Shown here: positions 41,828 to 50,890 of the stretch, piece after piece
Numbering within the stretch: the first letter of the stretch is position 1
Layout of the letters: the number at the start of each line of letters is the position of its first letter
DNA from: an uncultured Woeseiaceae bacterium
Lineage (GTDB): Bacteria; Pseudomonadota; Gammaproteobacteria; Steroidobacterales; Woeseiaceae
NCBI GenBank assembly: GCA_964465665.1
Contig: CAYXKM010000285.1
Span: 1,435-65,434, forward strand
DNA length: 64,000 nt
Reading direction: 5' to 3'
The notes under the pieces: generated by a model
Database searches by the model: none
What the model saw: the letters and a program-made list of their open reading frames with translations, nothing else
Told to the model about the DNA's origin: nothing
Position numbers and translations under genes: made by a program

Positions 41828-44638
41828 CTAGAAGCGGACCCGCACGCCCGCTATGGCGTTCCAGCCATAGATCTCGTTCTCGGCGAGTCGGCCGCTGTCT
41901 TTGCCGCTGAAGAACCGCAGTGGTTCGTCGGTAAGGTTCAGCAGCTCGATATAGGCGCTCCAGTGCTGGGTGAAATCGTAACTCGTCTTGAAGTCGAGCT
42001 GGCCGCGATCATCCCAATACAGGTCATTCGTGGCATCGTCGCCCACGGCGTCGAGGTAGGTGCTGTAGTAAGTATAGGCGAGACGAGCCTCGAATCCGCT
42101 GCGCTCATAAAACACCGCCGCGTTGCCGATGTGTTCGGATTGCAGGAAAAACGGCAACTTGTCGGGCCGGTCGAAAATCTGGGCTTCACTGTCCGAATAC
42201 GTGTAATTGAATGCAACGCCGAAGCCGTTCCAGAAGCCGGAAAGGTTCAGGAACTGCTGTTGATAGTTGAACTCGACGCCGAAAATCTCTCCGGAATCGG
42301 CATTGTCGGTGGTCGTCAGCTCCAGTTCGCTGAACGTGCGACCCTCGAAATCACCGGAGAATTGAGTTATGCGCGTGTAAATCGGCTTATCGATATCTTT
42401 GTAGAAAACGCCGACAGCCAGTATACCGCCGGTTTCCATGTACCACTCGAGGGCGACGTCGAGGTTGCTCGATTCGAGCGGCTGGAGATCTGGATTGCCG
42501 GCTTCGGCTTCACCCAGAAACGCGCCCGGCACGTCCTCGTCCTCCTCGATCTCGAAGATGCGGAAAGGTGCGTTCAGCTCGTAGGACGGCCGCCCGACAG
42601 TATTCGTCCAGGCAGCGCGCAACAGCAGGCTGTCGCTCATTTCCATGCGCAGGTGCAGGCTCGGCAACCAGTGCGAATAACTTTTGTCGCCGGTAACCAC
42701 AACCGGCGGTTCCGGATCGCCGTCGATGAAGATCAGGTCAAAAGCCGAAAAATCCGTCTGCGTATCTTCAAAACGCACGCCGGCGATCACGGTCGCGTCG
42801 TTGATGTCCATCGTGCCCATCACGTACGCGGCGGTCACTTCCTCGGTTACCTGAAAATCGACGCCGAAAGACTCTGCGACGGTGTCGCCATCGCTCAACT
42901 CGAAATCGGCGCTGTTGCCATCATAAAACTGGTCGATGGAAGAAAACAGGATCCTCGGGCCAAAATCATAGCAGCGTTCACTGCAATAGAAATCGGACCT
43001 GCCGGATTCGGTGAAACCGGTCAGCGTCAGGTCATCGACAAAACCGTCGAACACGTCCATGTTTTGATCCGAGGTCTTTTCACGCTCGATCTGCTTCGCA
43101 CCGAATTTCAGGGTCATGCCGCTGTCGCCGAAATTCAGGTCTTTCTCGAGATCCAGCTGGAACGCAGTGACGTCCTCGACGATGTTCTGGGCGCCGCGGA
43201 GGTATTCGTTGAACTCATAAAATCCCGGGTCATTGAAACCCGGGCCGGCATCAACGGTAACAAACAGGTCGGATGTGTCGTAGTTCATTGGCAGAACATC
43301 GGACGTCTGGAACGACCACTCGCGGTCTCGCGGTGTATTCTGCTCGGACTTGCCGAGCGTTGCCGATGCTTCCAGTACCCAGCTGCCGAGTATAAATTCG
43401 CCGCCAAGCGACGAGCTCTGGATGGTTTGTGTTTCATTGCGATCGGATACCAGGCGCTCGCCCTCGCCCTCGGTAAAGGTGCCGGAAGTTGGAGTCAGGT
43501 TTTCCAAATCGCCTTCCCGGTAAGCCCAGATCGTCTCGGCCTGTACTTCTGTGTCCTCGAACTCGTTATAGAGATTGCGAAGATAGAGTTTGGTCTCGTC
43601 GTTCGGCCGGAATTCGAGATTGGCAACGATGCCACTGCGAATGCGTTCGATTCGGTAGTCGCGAAGTACCAGCTCATCCGGTATGAGAATGCCGGTGTCG
43701 TCCTCTGCCTCCTCCCACGGGTCGCCGCCCTGCAGATTGTCAGTAGTGAAATCGCGGTCGGAATAACTGCCGGAAATGACAATGCCCCATTGCTGTGAGG
43801 CACCGAACACCTGGCCGTAACCGGCCGCGATGCTGTACGGGTTCTCGCCGCCCAAATCGTAGTTGCCATAGTCCGCTGTCGCCGAGAAGAAACGGCCGTC
43901 CGGATCGTCGAAGGCGCTCGGCGTGACGATATTGATCGAGCCGCCTACCGCATGGCCGTCCATGTCCGGCGTCACGGCCTTGATGACTTCGACTTTTGAA
44001 AGAACTTCAGCCGGGATGGTGTCCAGAGAAACGCGCCGCGTGTCTTCGGGCGAGCCAATCACCTGGCTATCGAGCGTAATGTTGGTGTAACTCGGGTCGA
44101 TGCCGCGGACCGTGACGTAACGTCCCTCGCCCTGATCCACGGTCGAGGTCACGCCGGTCACGCGCCGCAAGGCTTCCGCGACGTTCTGGTCCGGCAACTT
44201 TCCGGCATCGTCCGCGGTCAGCGTTTCCTTGATCATATCGGCCATGCGCTTGTCCTGGAGCGCGTTGGCCTGCGCTGCGCGATAGCCCGTAACAACGACT
44301 TCTTCGGTGGCGCCGATGGCGGCGAGCCCGATATCCGCTACTACGGCTTCGCCTGCCGATACCTGGATGCTGCGCTGGGCGCTTTCATAACCGCCGTAAC
44401 TGACCGCAAGCGTGAACGAACCCGGGGGCACGTTGTTGAACGAATAGGCGCCGCTGGTTTCGGCGATGACGCTCCGTCCCAGCTCGACAATCGTTATTTC
44501 TGCGGCGGGCAGGGGGCGACTGGTCAGTGTGTCCGTCACCTGGCCCCGCACGGAAACCTGTGCGTTCGCAGTGACGGCGAGCATCGTGAGACTGATGGCC
44601 AGCCAGCAACGGTTGGCAAAGGTCGTTCCGGCGAACAT
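41828..44638 (-). CDS. TonB-dependent receptor with N-terminal carboxypeptidase-regulatory-like domain
   Basis: ORF 41828..44971 trimmed to the ATG at 44638 (MFAGTTFANRCWLAISLTMLAVTANA). Has a TonB-box-like EEVVVTGYR, plug, barrel and C-terminal AGVRVRF. Confidence 0.88.
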   Translation of the reverse strand: MFAGTTFANRCWLAISLTMLAVTANAQVSVRGQVTDTLTSRPLPAAEITIVELGRSVIAETSGAYSFNNVPPGSFTLAVSYGGYESAQRSIQVSAGEAVVADIGLAAIGATEEVVVTGYRAAQANALQDKRMADMIKETLTADDAGKLPDQNVAEALRRVTGVTSTVDQGEGRYVTVRGIDPSYTNITLDSQVIGSPEDTRRVSLDTIPAEVLSKVEVIKAVTPDMDGHAVGGSINIVTPSAFDDPDGRFFSATADYGNYDLGGENPYSIAAGYGQVFGASQQWGIVISGSYSDRDFTTDNLQGGDPWEEAEDDTGILIPDELVLRDYRIERIRSGIVANLEFRPNDETKLYLRNLYNEFEDTEVQAETIWAYREGDLENLTPTSGTFTEGEGERLVSDRNETQTIQSSSLGGEFILGSWVLEASATLGKSEQNTPRDREWSFQTSDVLPMNYDTSDLFVTVDAGPGFNDPGFYEFNEYLRGAQNIVEDVTAFQLDLEKDLNFGDSGMTLKFGAKQIEREKTSDQNMDVFDGFVDDLTLTGFTESGRSDFYCSERCYDFGPRILFSSIDQFYDGNSADFELSDGDTVAESFGVDFQVTEEVTAAYVMGTMDINDATVIAGVRFEDTQTDFSAFDLIFIDGDPEPPVVVTGDKSYSHWLPSLHLRMEMSDSLLLRAAWTNTVGRPSYELNAPFRIFEIEEDEDVPGAFLGEAEAGNPDLQPLESSNLDVALEWYMETGGILAVGVFYKDIDKPIYTRITQFSGDFEGRTFSELELTTTDNADSGEIFGVEFNYQQQFLNLSGFWNGFGVAFNYTYSDSEAQIFDRPDKLPFFLQSEHIGNAAVFYERSGFEARLAYTYYSTYLDAVGDDATNDLYWDDRGQLDFKTSYDFTQHWSAYIELLNLTDEPLRFFSGKDSGRLAENEIYGWNAIAGVRVRF

Positions 44639-44964
44639 GGTGTTTCCCCCCTGTGGTACCTGTCGAAAGTCGGCGGAAACGCTGATGTCGATTCGCCCTG
44701 TTCGCGGCGACCACTCGGCATCCACGGGCCGCGACCGGCGCTGATGATTCCACGTGAATGTGACAACGAATTTACAATGGAGTATAGAACGGAAATTTTG
44801 TAATATGCAAATCTGAAAATGTTGTTTCATTCGCCACGGTGAAAGGTGTCGCAGGCAGTCCGCCGGCGTTGGCCACTGCGGATGGAACAGATATTCGATA
44901 ATTGGAACGTGCGTTGCATTGCCGCTACCATGGTGCAGGCCGGAGGGCGGAGGGGGCTCAAAAC

Positions 44965-45804
44965 ATGGCAAGCGTCAGGAACATCGAGCAGTTACGCGCA
45001 GCGATCATTGCCCGTCACGAGGACTTGAGTCCGCGTCTTCGCCAGGTAGCCGCTTACGTGCTCGATCACCCGAATGACATGGGTCTGGAGACGCTGGCGG
45101 TCATTGCCGATCGCTGCGGGGTGCAGGCATCGACCATCGTGCGTTTCGCGAAGGCCTTCGGATACGACGGTGCGAGCCAGATGCAACGCCTGTTCCGCGA
45201 TGAGCTGATCAACTCGGCGCCAAGTCCCTCGTACGCCGAGAGAGTGCGACAGTTCGCGCAGCGCTCCGGCGATGGCCAGGTGCTGACTCCGCAGGAGCTG
45301 CTGCAGGAGTTTGCAACCGGAAACATCATTGCTCTGGAACATCTGCGGGAAACCGTCGATGCCGACGCGCTCGAACGCTCAGTCGATCTGCTGGTGAAAG
45401 CGAAGACCGTTTACCTCGTGGGACTTCGGCGCTCGTTTCCGGTGGCGGCATACATGGCGTACGCATTGCGCCATGTGGACAAGCCCGCGCACCTCATCGA
45501 CGGCATGGCCGGGATGCTCGTTGAACAGAGTTCGATGATTTCCCGATCTGATCTCCTGTTTGCCATCAGTTTCCGACCGTACGCGAAGGAAACGGCCGAC
45601 ATTGCCGGCACCGCGAAAGCGGCGGGTGCGACGGTGGTCGCGATCAGCGACAGTCAACTGAGCCCTGTGTCGCGCGAAGCCGATGTCTCGTTCGCTGTCA
45701 GGGACTCCGAAGTACGGCAGTTTCGTTCACTCACGGCGTCACTTTGTCTCGCACAGACGCTGATCATCAGTTATGCGCAACGTGTCGAGCTGCCAAAAAA
45801 ATGA
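44965..45804 (+). CDS. RpiR/MurR-family transcriptional regulator (HTH + SIS)
   Basis: ORF 44902..45804 trimmed to the ATG at 44965 (GGAGGGGG RBS). HTH_6 block LETLAVIADRCGVQASTIVRFAKAFGYDG plus a SIS domain. Confidence 0.88.
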   Translation: MASVRNIEQLRAAIIARHEDLSPRLRQVAAYVLDHPNDMGLETLAVIADRCGVQASTIVRFAKAFGYDGASQMQRLFRDELINSAPSPSYAERVRQFAQRSGDGQVLTPQELLQEFATGNIIALEHLRETVDADALERSVDLLVKAKTVYLVGLRRSFPVAAYMAYALRHVDKPAHLIDGMAGMLVEQSSMISRSDLLFAISFRPYAKETADIAGTAKAAGATVVAISDSQLSPVSREADVSFAVRDSEVRQFRSLTASLCLAQTLIISYAQRVELPKK

Positions 45805-45832
45805 CTTGCTGTGGCATTGAAGGATTCAATAT

Positions 45833-46828
45833 ATGAGTTTCCGCCTGTGTCTCATCGGTGCCGGGCGCATCGGCCGGATTCATGCCGGCAATATCGCGGT
45901 GCATCCCGATGCCAGCCTGCATTGCGTGGTGGATGCCGATCCGAAGGCGGCCGCCGACCTGGCGAATCGTACCGGCGCCAAAGTTTGCGAACTCGAGCGC
46001 GCTCTCGCCGATGACAAGGTCGATGCAGTCGTCATCGCCAGTTCCACCGACACTCACCTTCCATTGATAGAAGCTTGCGCCGCAGCAGGGAAGCCCGTGT
46101 TCTGCGAGAAACCGCTGGACCTCGATTCCGGAAATGCGCGCCGCTGCATCGAACTGGCCCGCAAGAGCTCCATCCTTTTATTCGTCGGATTCAATCGCCG
46201 TTACGACCCGTCCTTTCGCCGGCTGCGGGAAGAGCTGAAGTCCGGCGCGATCGGTGCAATCGAAGTTCTGACCATTATCAGCCGTGATCCCTCGCCGCCG
46301 CCGCTCGATTACGTGAAACGGTCCGGAGGACTTTTCCGCGACATGATGATTCACGATTTCGATATGGCGCGCTGGTTGCTCGGCGCGGAGCCCACGGCGG
46401 TCTTTGCCACCGGGAGTTGCCTGGTCGACGATGCGATCGGCAAGTCCGGCGACGTCGATACCGCCGCCGTCATCCTCGAAACCGCGACCGGCGCCGTCTG
46501 CCAGATCACCAACAGCAGGCGCTGCAGCTATGGTTATGATCAGCGCATCGAAGCTTTTGGCGCAAAAGGCATGCTGCGCGCGGACAACGAAACTGCGACC
46601 CGCGTGGAAGTGGCCAACGCGAATGGCTTCCTGAAGGAACCGGCGCTGCCGTTTTTTCTCGAGCGTTACAGAAGCGCCTACCGCCTGGAAATGGACGACT
46701 TCCTTCGGGCGCTCGGCGGCGAAGCGCACGACCTGGCCGGTGGCGAGGACGGTCTTCGGGCCCTGTTGATCGCCGATGCCGCGGAGCGTTCCCGACGGGC
46801 TCAAGCGCGGGTTCGGATCGACGGTTGA
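45833..46828 (+). CDS. iolG: myo-Inositol 2-dehydrogenase
   Basis: ORF 45833..46828. Rossmann motif LIGAGRIGRIHA and the EKP motif (FCEKPL). Sits in an iol gene context. Confidence 0.85.
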   Translation: MSFRLCLIGAGRIGRIHAGNIAVHPDASLHCVVDADPKAAADLANRTGAKVCELERALADDKVDAVVIASSTDTHLPLIEACAAAGKPVFCEKPLDLDSGNARRCIELARKSSILLFVGFNRRYDPSFRRLREELKSGAIGAIEVLTIISRDPSPPPLDYVKRSGGLFRDMMIHDFDMARWLLGAEPTAVFATGSCLVDDAIGKSGDVDTAAVILETATGAVCQITNSRRCSYGYDQRIEAFGAKGMLRADNETATRVEVANANGFLKEPALPFFLERYRSAYRLEMDDFLRALGGEAHDLAGGEDGLRALLIADAAERSRRAQARVRIDG

Positions 46829-46978
46829 AACGTATGTTCTATTTTTCCAATAATTGAAATCAGTCTTTCACCACGGTATCTTGTCGATTTCGGCCTGCAG
46901 CTTCAGTGCTGCGAGAGTTTTGTAGTTCACCTCACGGTCGCGACATAGTCACGACTGCACCCTGGCAGGAACCTTGCA

Positions 46979-48106
46979 ATGATGTCGAAGCTCGGATTCG
47001 GATTGATCGGCAGCGGCTTCATGGGCCGCGCACACGCCATTGCCCTGCGCGTCGTCGGTACGGTATTCGACGACATAGCGGCGCCGCAGTGCGTGTCGCT
47101 CGCGGACCGGGATGCGAAGTCTGCAGACGCCTCCGCGCGGGAACTCGGCTTCGAACGCGGCACCGGCGACTGGCGGCAATTGCTCGATGATCCGGCCATC
47201 GATGTCATCGACATTTGCACGCCCAACTACCTGCACTATGAAATGTCGCGCGCGGCACTGGAGGCGGGCAAACATGTTTACTGCGAGAAACCACTGACTC
47301 TGGACGTTGCCGAAGCGGAGTCTCTGGCCAAACTGGCACAGGCATCCGGAAAAGTGCATGCAGTCGGCCTGAACTATACGACCAATCCCCTCATCTTCAC
47401 GGCGCGGGAAATGATCAGGGCCGGGGAAATCGGCGAGCCGGTTTCGTTCTCCGGGCGATACTTCGAGGATTACATGGCGAGTCCCGAGGTTCCGTTCAGT
47501 TGGCGCTGCGAACGGAAGTACGCCGGCGCCGGCGCGCTCGCCGATCTCGGTTCGCATCTGATCAACATGGTTCATTACCTGCTCGGCCGGCCGAGCAGGC
47601 TGCTGGGAGATATTCGCACCGTCATCGCGACCCGGGTCGAAGCGCGGACGGGCAAGCGCCGCGCGGTCGAGAACGAGGACATTGCGCGCGCATTCCTTGA
47701 ACTGGAGTCCGGAATCCCGGCGACGCTCGAGATCAGCCGCGTCGCAACCGGGAAAAAATGCGGTCTGACATTTGACATTGTGGGTACGCGCGGCGCGCTG
47801 TCTTTCGACCAGGAGCGCATGAATGAACTTCGGGTTTACACCGCCGGCCAGCGGACAGGCCGTGCCGGATTTACTACGGTGCTGGCCGGACCGGAACACG
47901 GCGACTATGCGCGCTTCTGCCCGGCACCCGGACACGGTCTTGGCATCAACGACCTGAAGATCATCGAAGTGCATCGCCTGATTCGTGCAATTGACGGTGC
48001 CGCGCCGTTCGACCCGGATTTCACCGAAGGGCTTCGCGTGCAGCGCGTAATGCAGGCGATCGAGCAATCCGCCGCCGACAGGCAATGGGTTGCGCTGAAC
48101 TGGTGA
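46979..48106 (+). CDS. Gfo/Idh/MocA-family oxidoreductase (second inositol/inosose dehydrogenase candidate)
   Basis: ORF 46979..48106, with GLIGSGFMGRAHA and YCEKPL. Confidence 0.8.
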   Translation: MMSKLGFGLIGSGFMGRAHAIALRVVGTVFDDIAAPQCVSLADRDAKSADASARELGFERGTGDWRQLLDDPAIDVIDICTPNYLHYEMSRAALEAGKHVYCEKPLTLDVAEAESLAKLAQASGKVHAVGLNYTTNPLIFTAREMIRAGEIGEPVSFSGRYFEDYMASPEVPFSWRCERKYAGAGALADLGSHLINMVHYLLGRPSRLLGDIRTVIATRVEARTGKRRAVENEDIARAFLELESGIPATLEISRVATGKKCGLTFDIVGTRGALSFDQERMNELRVYTAGQRTGRAGFTTVLAGPEHGDYARFCPAPGHGLGINDLKIIEVHRLIRAIDGAAPFDPDFTEGLRVQRVMQAIEQSAADRQWVALNW

Positions 48107-48125
48107 TGCCGGCAGGAGTGTGGCT

Positions 48126-48938
48126 ATGGCGCAAACGACACAACAACCCGTAATCCGCCGGAACAAGCTGGCGGCTCGCGGTGAACTGCAGGACGTTGCG
48201 GAGTTCGATCAGCTGCGCGTGGCCATCATCGAGTTGGCTGCCGGAGACGTTTACAGGCAAACGTCGGCATGCGAATCCGCCTGGTTGCTGATGTCCGGCG
48301 CCATACGCGGGCGGGCGGGTGAACTCGAGTTCGAATTCGACAGGACAACGCTCTTCGATGAGTCGGCCAGTTGCGTACACCTGTCCGCGGGCACAACGCT
48401 GACGATCGAAGCGACCAGGGATTGCGAGCTGACGGTTTACCGCTGCGGCAACCGGAAACCGTTCGAGCCGCGCATTTTTCAACCGGAGCAGGTGCCGAAC
48501 GAACATCGCGGCGCGGGACAAGTTGCCGGCCGCTGCCTGCGCTTCGTGCGCACCATATTCGACGGACGAAACTCACCGGAGAATTCCGAACTGGTGCTCG
48601 GCGAAGTCGTGACACTGCCGGGCGGGTGGTCGAGCTATCCGCCGCATCATCACCGGCAGCCCGAGATCTATCACTACCGTTTCACCGCGCCGCAAGGCTA
48701 TGGTCACGCCGAGCTGGGTGACCAGGTGTTCAAGGTTCACGACGGCGATACCGTCTGCATCCAACCCGGACTCGATCATGCGCAGTGCGCTGCACCGGGT
48801 TATGGCATGTACTACTCCTGGGTCATCCGGCATCTTCCCGGAGATCCGTACACCGTGCCCGATTTTACCGAGGAGCACGCGTGGACCATGGACAAGGGCG
48901 CCACGTTCTGGTGGCCCAAAGATATTCTGCGTGGCTGA
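48126..48938 (+). CDS. iolB: 5-deoxy-glucuronate isomerase
   Basis: ORF 48120..48938. ATG at 48126 follows GGAG. Cupin block GGWSSYPPHHH..PEIYHYRF. Confidence 0.88.
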   Translation: MAQTTQQPVIRRNKLAARGELQDVAEFDQLRVAIIELAAGDVYRQTSACESAWLLMSGAIRGRAGELEFEFDRTTLFDESASCVHLSAGTTLTIEATRDCELTVYRCGNRKPFEPRIFQPEQVPNEHRGAGQVAGRCLRFVRTIFDGRNSPENSELVLGEVVTLPGGWSSYPPHHHRQPEIYHYRFTAPQGYGHAELGDQVFKVHDGDTVCIQPGLDHAQCAAPGYGMYYSWVIRHLPGDPYTVPDFTEEHAWTMDKGATFWWPKDILRG

Positions 48939-48943
48939 TCTCC

Positions 48944-50872
48944 GTGACTAGTCGCAGTCACGACGTCATTTGTCTTGGACGGGCTGCCGTGGATCTGTAC
49001 GGGCAACAAATCGGCGGGCGACTGGAGGACATGCAGTCTTTTGCCAAGTACCTGGGTGGTTCCTCCGGAAATCTCGCTGCGGGGCTTGCGCGCCTCGGTG
49101 TCCGGAGCGCGATGCTGACGCGCGTCGGGGACGAGGCCATGGGTCGATTCGTCCGCGAGGAGCTCGCGCGCCAGGGTGTCGATGTCAGTCACGTACGCAC
49201 CGATCCGTCGCGCCTGACCGGTCTCGTGGTGCTGGGTATCGGCAGCGCCGACAACATTCCGCACATTTTCTTTCGCGAAAGTTGTGCCGACATGGCGGTC
49301 AACGAAGACGATGTCGACGAAGCGTTCATTGCTTCGGCAAGTGTGCTCGCCATAACCGGTACTCACTTGTCGTCGCCGGGTACTCGCCATGCGGTTGACA
49401 AAGCGATGCGCCTTGCAAAAAAGAATGGCACTCGCATTGTGCTCGACATCGATTACCGCCCGGTGCTGTGGGGTTTCGGTCGTGCGGGTGAAGGTGCGAG
49501 CCGTTACGTCGAGTCAGCCGAAACGAGTGAGGTGTTGCAGCAGTTTCTTGAGCCCTGCGACCTGATCGTAGGTACATCAGAGGAAATCGCGATTGCCGGA
49601 GGTTCCGGCGACCTTCTGGAATCATTGCAGAACATGAGAAACAGAAGTGCAGCGGTAATCGTGCTGAAACGCGGTGCTGCGGGCTGCACCGTGTATGACG
49701 GCGACAACATCGATGGACTGGACGAGGGCGTCAGTTGCCCGGGTTTGAACGTCGAGGTTTTCAACACGGTCGGCGCGGGCGATGCCTTTCTCTCCGGATT
49801 TTTGAGTGCCTGGATCGAAAAGCGCTCGTGGCCCGATTGCGGGCGCATCGGCAATGCCTGTGGAGCACTGGTTGTTGCACGGCACGGCTGCACGCCCGCG
49901 ATGCCGAGCCGTGTCGAGCTCGAGAATTTCCTGTCTCTCCAGCCGCGACCGACGCGCCCGCGCCTCGATGCCGGACTCATACACTTGCATCGGGCATCAA
50001 CATGGTCCGACGATCCGCGACCGTTGTGCGTGCTCGCATTCGATCATCGCAGCCAGTTCGAAAAGCTCGCTGCGCAATACGGCCGTCCCGTATCGGACAT
50101 TTCGACCTTCAAGGAGTTGATTGCCGAGGGCCTGCTCGATGCCAGGGCGAACGGCAACACCTCGATTCGTCACGGCGCCATCGTCGATCATCGGTACGGA
50201 GAACGGGCGCTGGCACGCTTGACGGATGCCGATCTGTGGGCTGCGAGCCCGATCGAAGTGCCCGGTTCCCGTCCGCTGGAATTCGACCCGCATTTCGCCA
50301 CCGGCCAGTTCCTGTCCGGTTGGCCTGCGAAGCAGATCGTTAAATGTCTCCTGTACTTTCACCCGGAAGACCCGACCAGTCTGCGCGAGGAACAGGAAGA
50401 GCGGGTTCGCGCGCTGTACGCCGACGTTGTTGCGCTGGAGCGCCGTTTCCTGCTCGAAGTCATCTGCCGCGAGGCCGGCAAGGAACAGGCGTCGGCCGAC
50501 GCATTGCCGCGGGTGATCCGCCGCATGTATAACCTCGGCATCCGTCCGGACTGGTGGAAGCTTGAACCGCAGACCGCTGCAGGCTGGCGGGTGATCAGCG
50601 ACCTGGTCGCCGAATGCGATCCGCACTGCAAGGGTGTGGTGATCCTGGGATTCGGTGCCGATCAGCAGACCCTGCACCGCGGTCTCGAAGTTGCCGCAGC
50701 ATTTCCTCTGTGCCGCGGCTTCGCAGTCGGTCGCAGTATTTTTGCCGATGCCGCCGACCTGTGGTTCGCGGGGACGATGGACGATGCATCGGCCAGGACA
50801 TCGATCAGCGAGCGTTACCTGTCCATGATCGATACCTGGTGCGTCGCCGCCCGGCGAAACCAGGCTGGCTAG
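48944..50872 (+). CDS. iolC: 5-dehydro-2-deoxygluconokinase fused to a DUF2090/aldolase-like C-terminal domain
   Basis: ORF 48785..50872 trimmed to the GTG at 48944, just after the iolB stop. N-terminal PfkB kinase (GGSSGN, NTVGAGDAF) plus a C-terminal extension of about 300 aa, as in proteobacterial bifunctional IolC. Confidence 0.85.
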   Translation: MTSRSHDVICLGRAAVDLYGQQIGGRLEDMQSFAKYLGGSSGNLAAGLARLGVRSAMLTRVGDEAMGRFVREELARQGVDVSHVRTDPSRLTGLVVLGIGSADNIPHIFFRESCADMAVNEDDVDEAFIASASVLAITGTHLSSPGTRHAVDKAMRLAKKNGTRIVLDIDYRPVLWGFGRAGEGASRYVESAETSEVLQQFLEPCDLIVGTSEEIAIAGGSGDLLESLQNMRNRSAAVIVLKRGAAGCTVYDGDNIDGLDEGVSCPGLNVEVFNTVGAGDAFLSGFLSAWIEKRSWPDCGRIGNACGALVVARHGCTPAMPSRVELENFLSLQPRPTRPRLDAGLIHLHRASTWSDDPRPLCVLAFDHRSQFEKLAAQYGRPVSDISTFKELIAEGLLDARANGNTSIRHGAIVDHRYGERALARLTDADLWAASPIEVPGSRPLEFDPHFATGQFLSGWPAKQIVKCLLYFHPEDPTSLREEQEERVRALYADVVALERRFLLEVICREAGKEQASADALPRVIRRMYNLGIRPDWWKLEPQTAAGWRVISDLVAECDPHCKGVVILGFGADQQTLHRGLEVAAAFPLCRGFAVGRSIFADAADLWFAGTMDDASARTSISERYLSMIDTWCVAARRNQAG

Positions 50873-50890
50873 TCGCAGGAGTATCGGGAC

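Noticed and set aside
41768-43798. 676-aa forward ORF opposite the TonB-dependent receptor
   Set aside because: It is an antisense shadow. The reverse frame has the full plug and barrel architecture and the terminal aromatic residue.
46949-48166. 405-aa reverse ORF opposite the Gfo/Idh/MocA oxidoreductase
   Set aside because: It is an antisense shadow with no domain resemblance, whereas the forward frame has Rossmann and EKP motifs.
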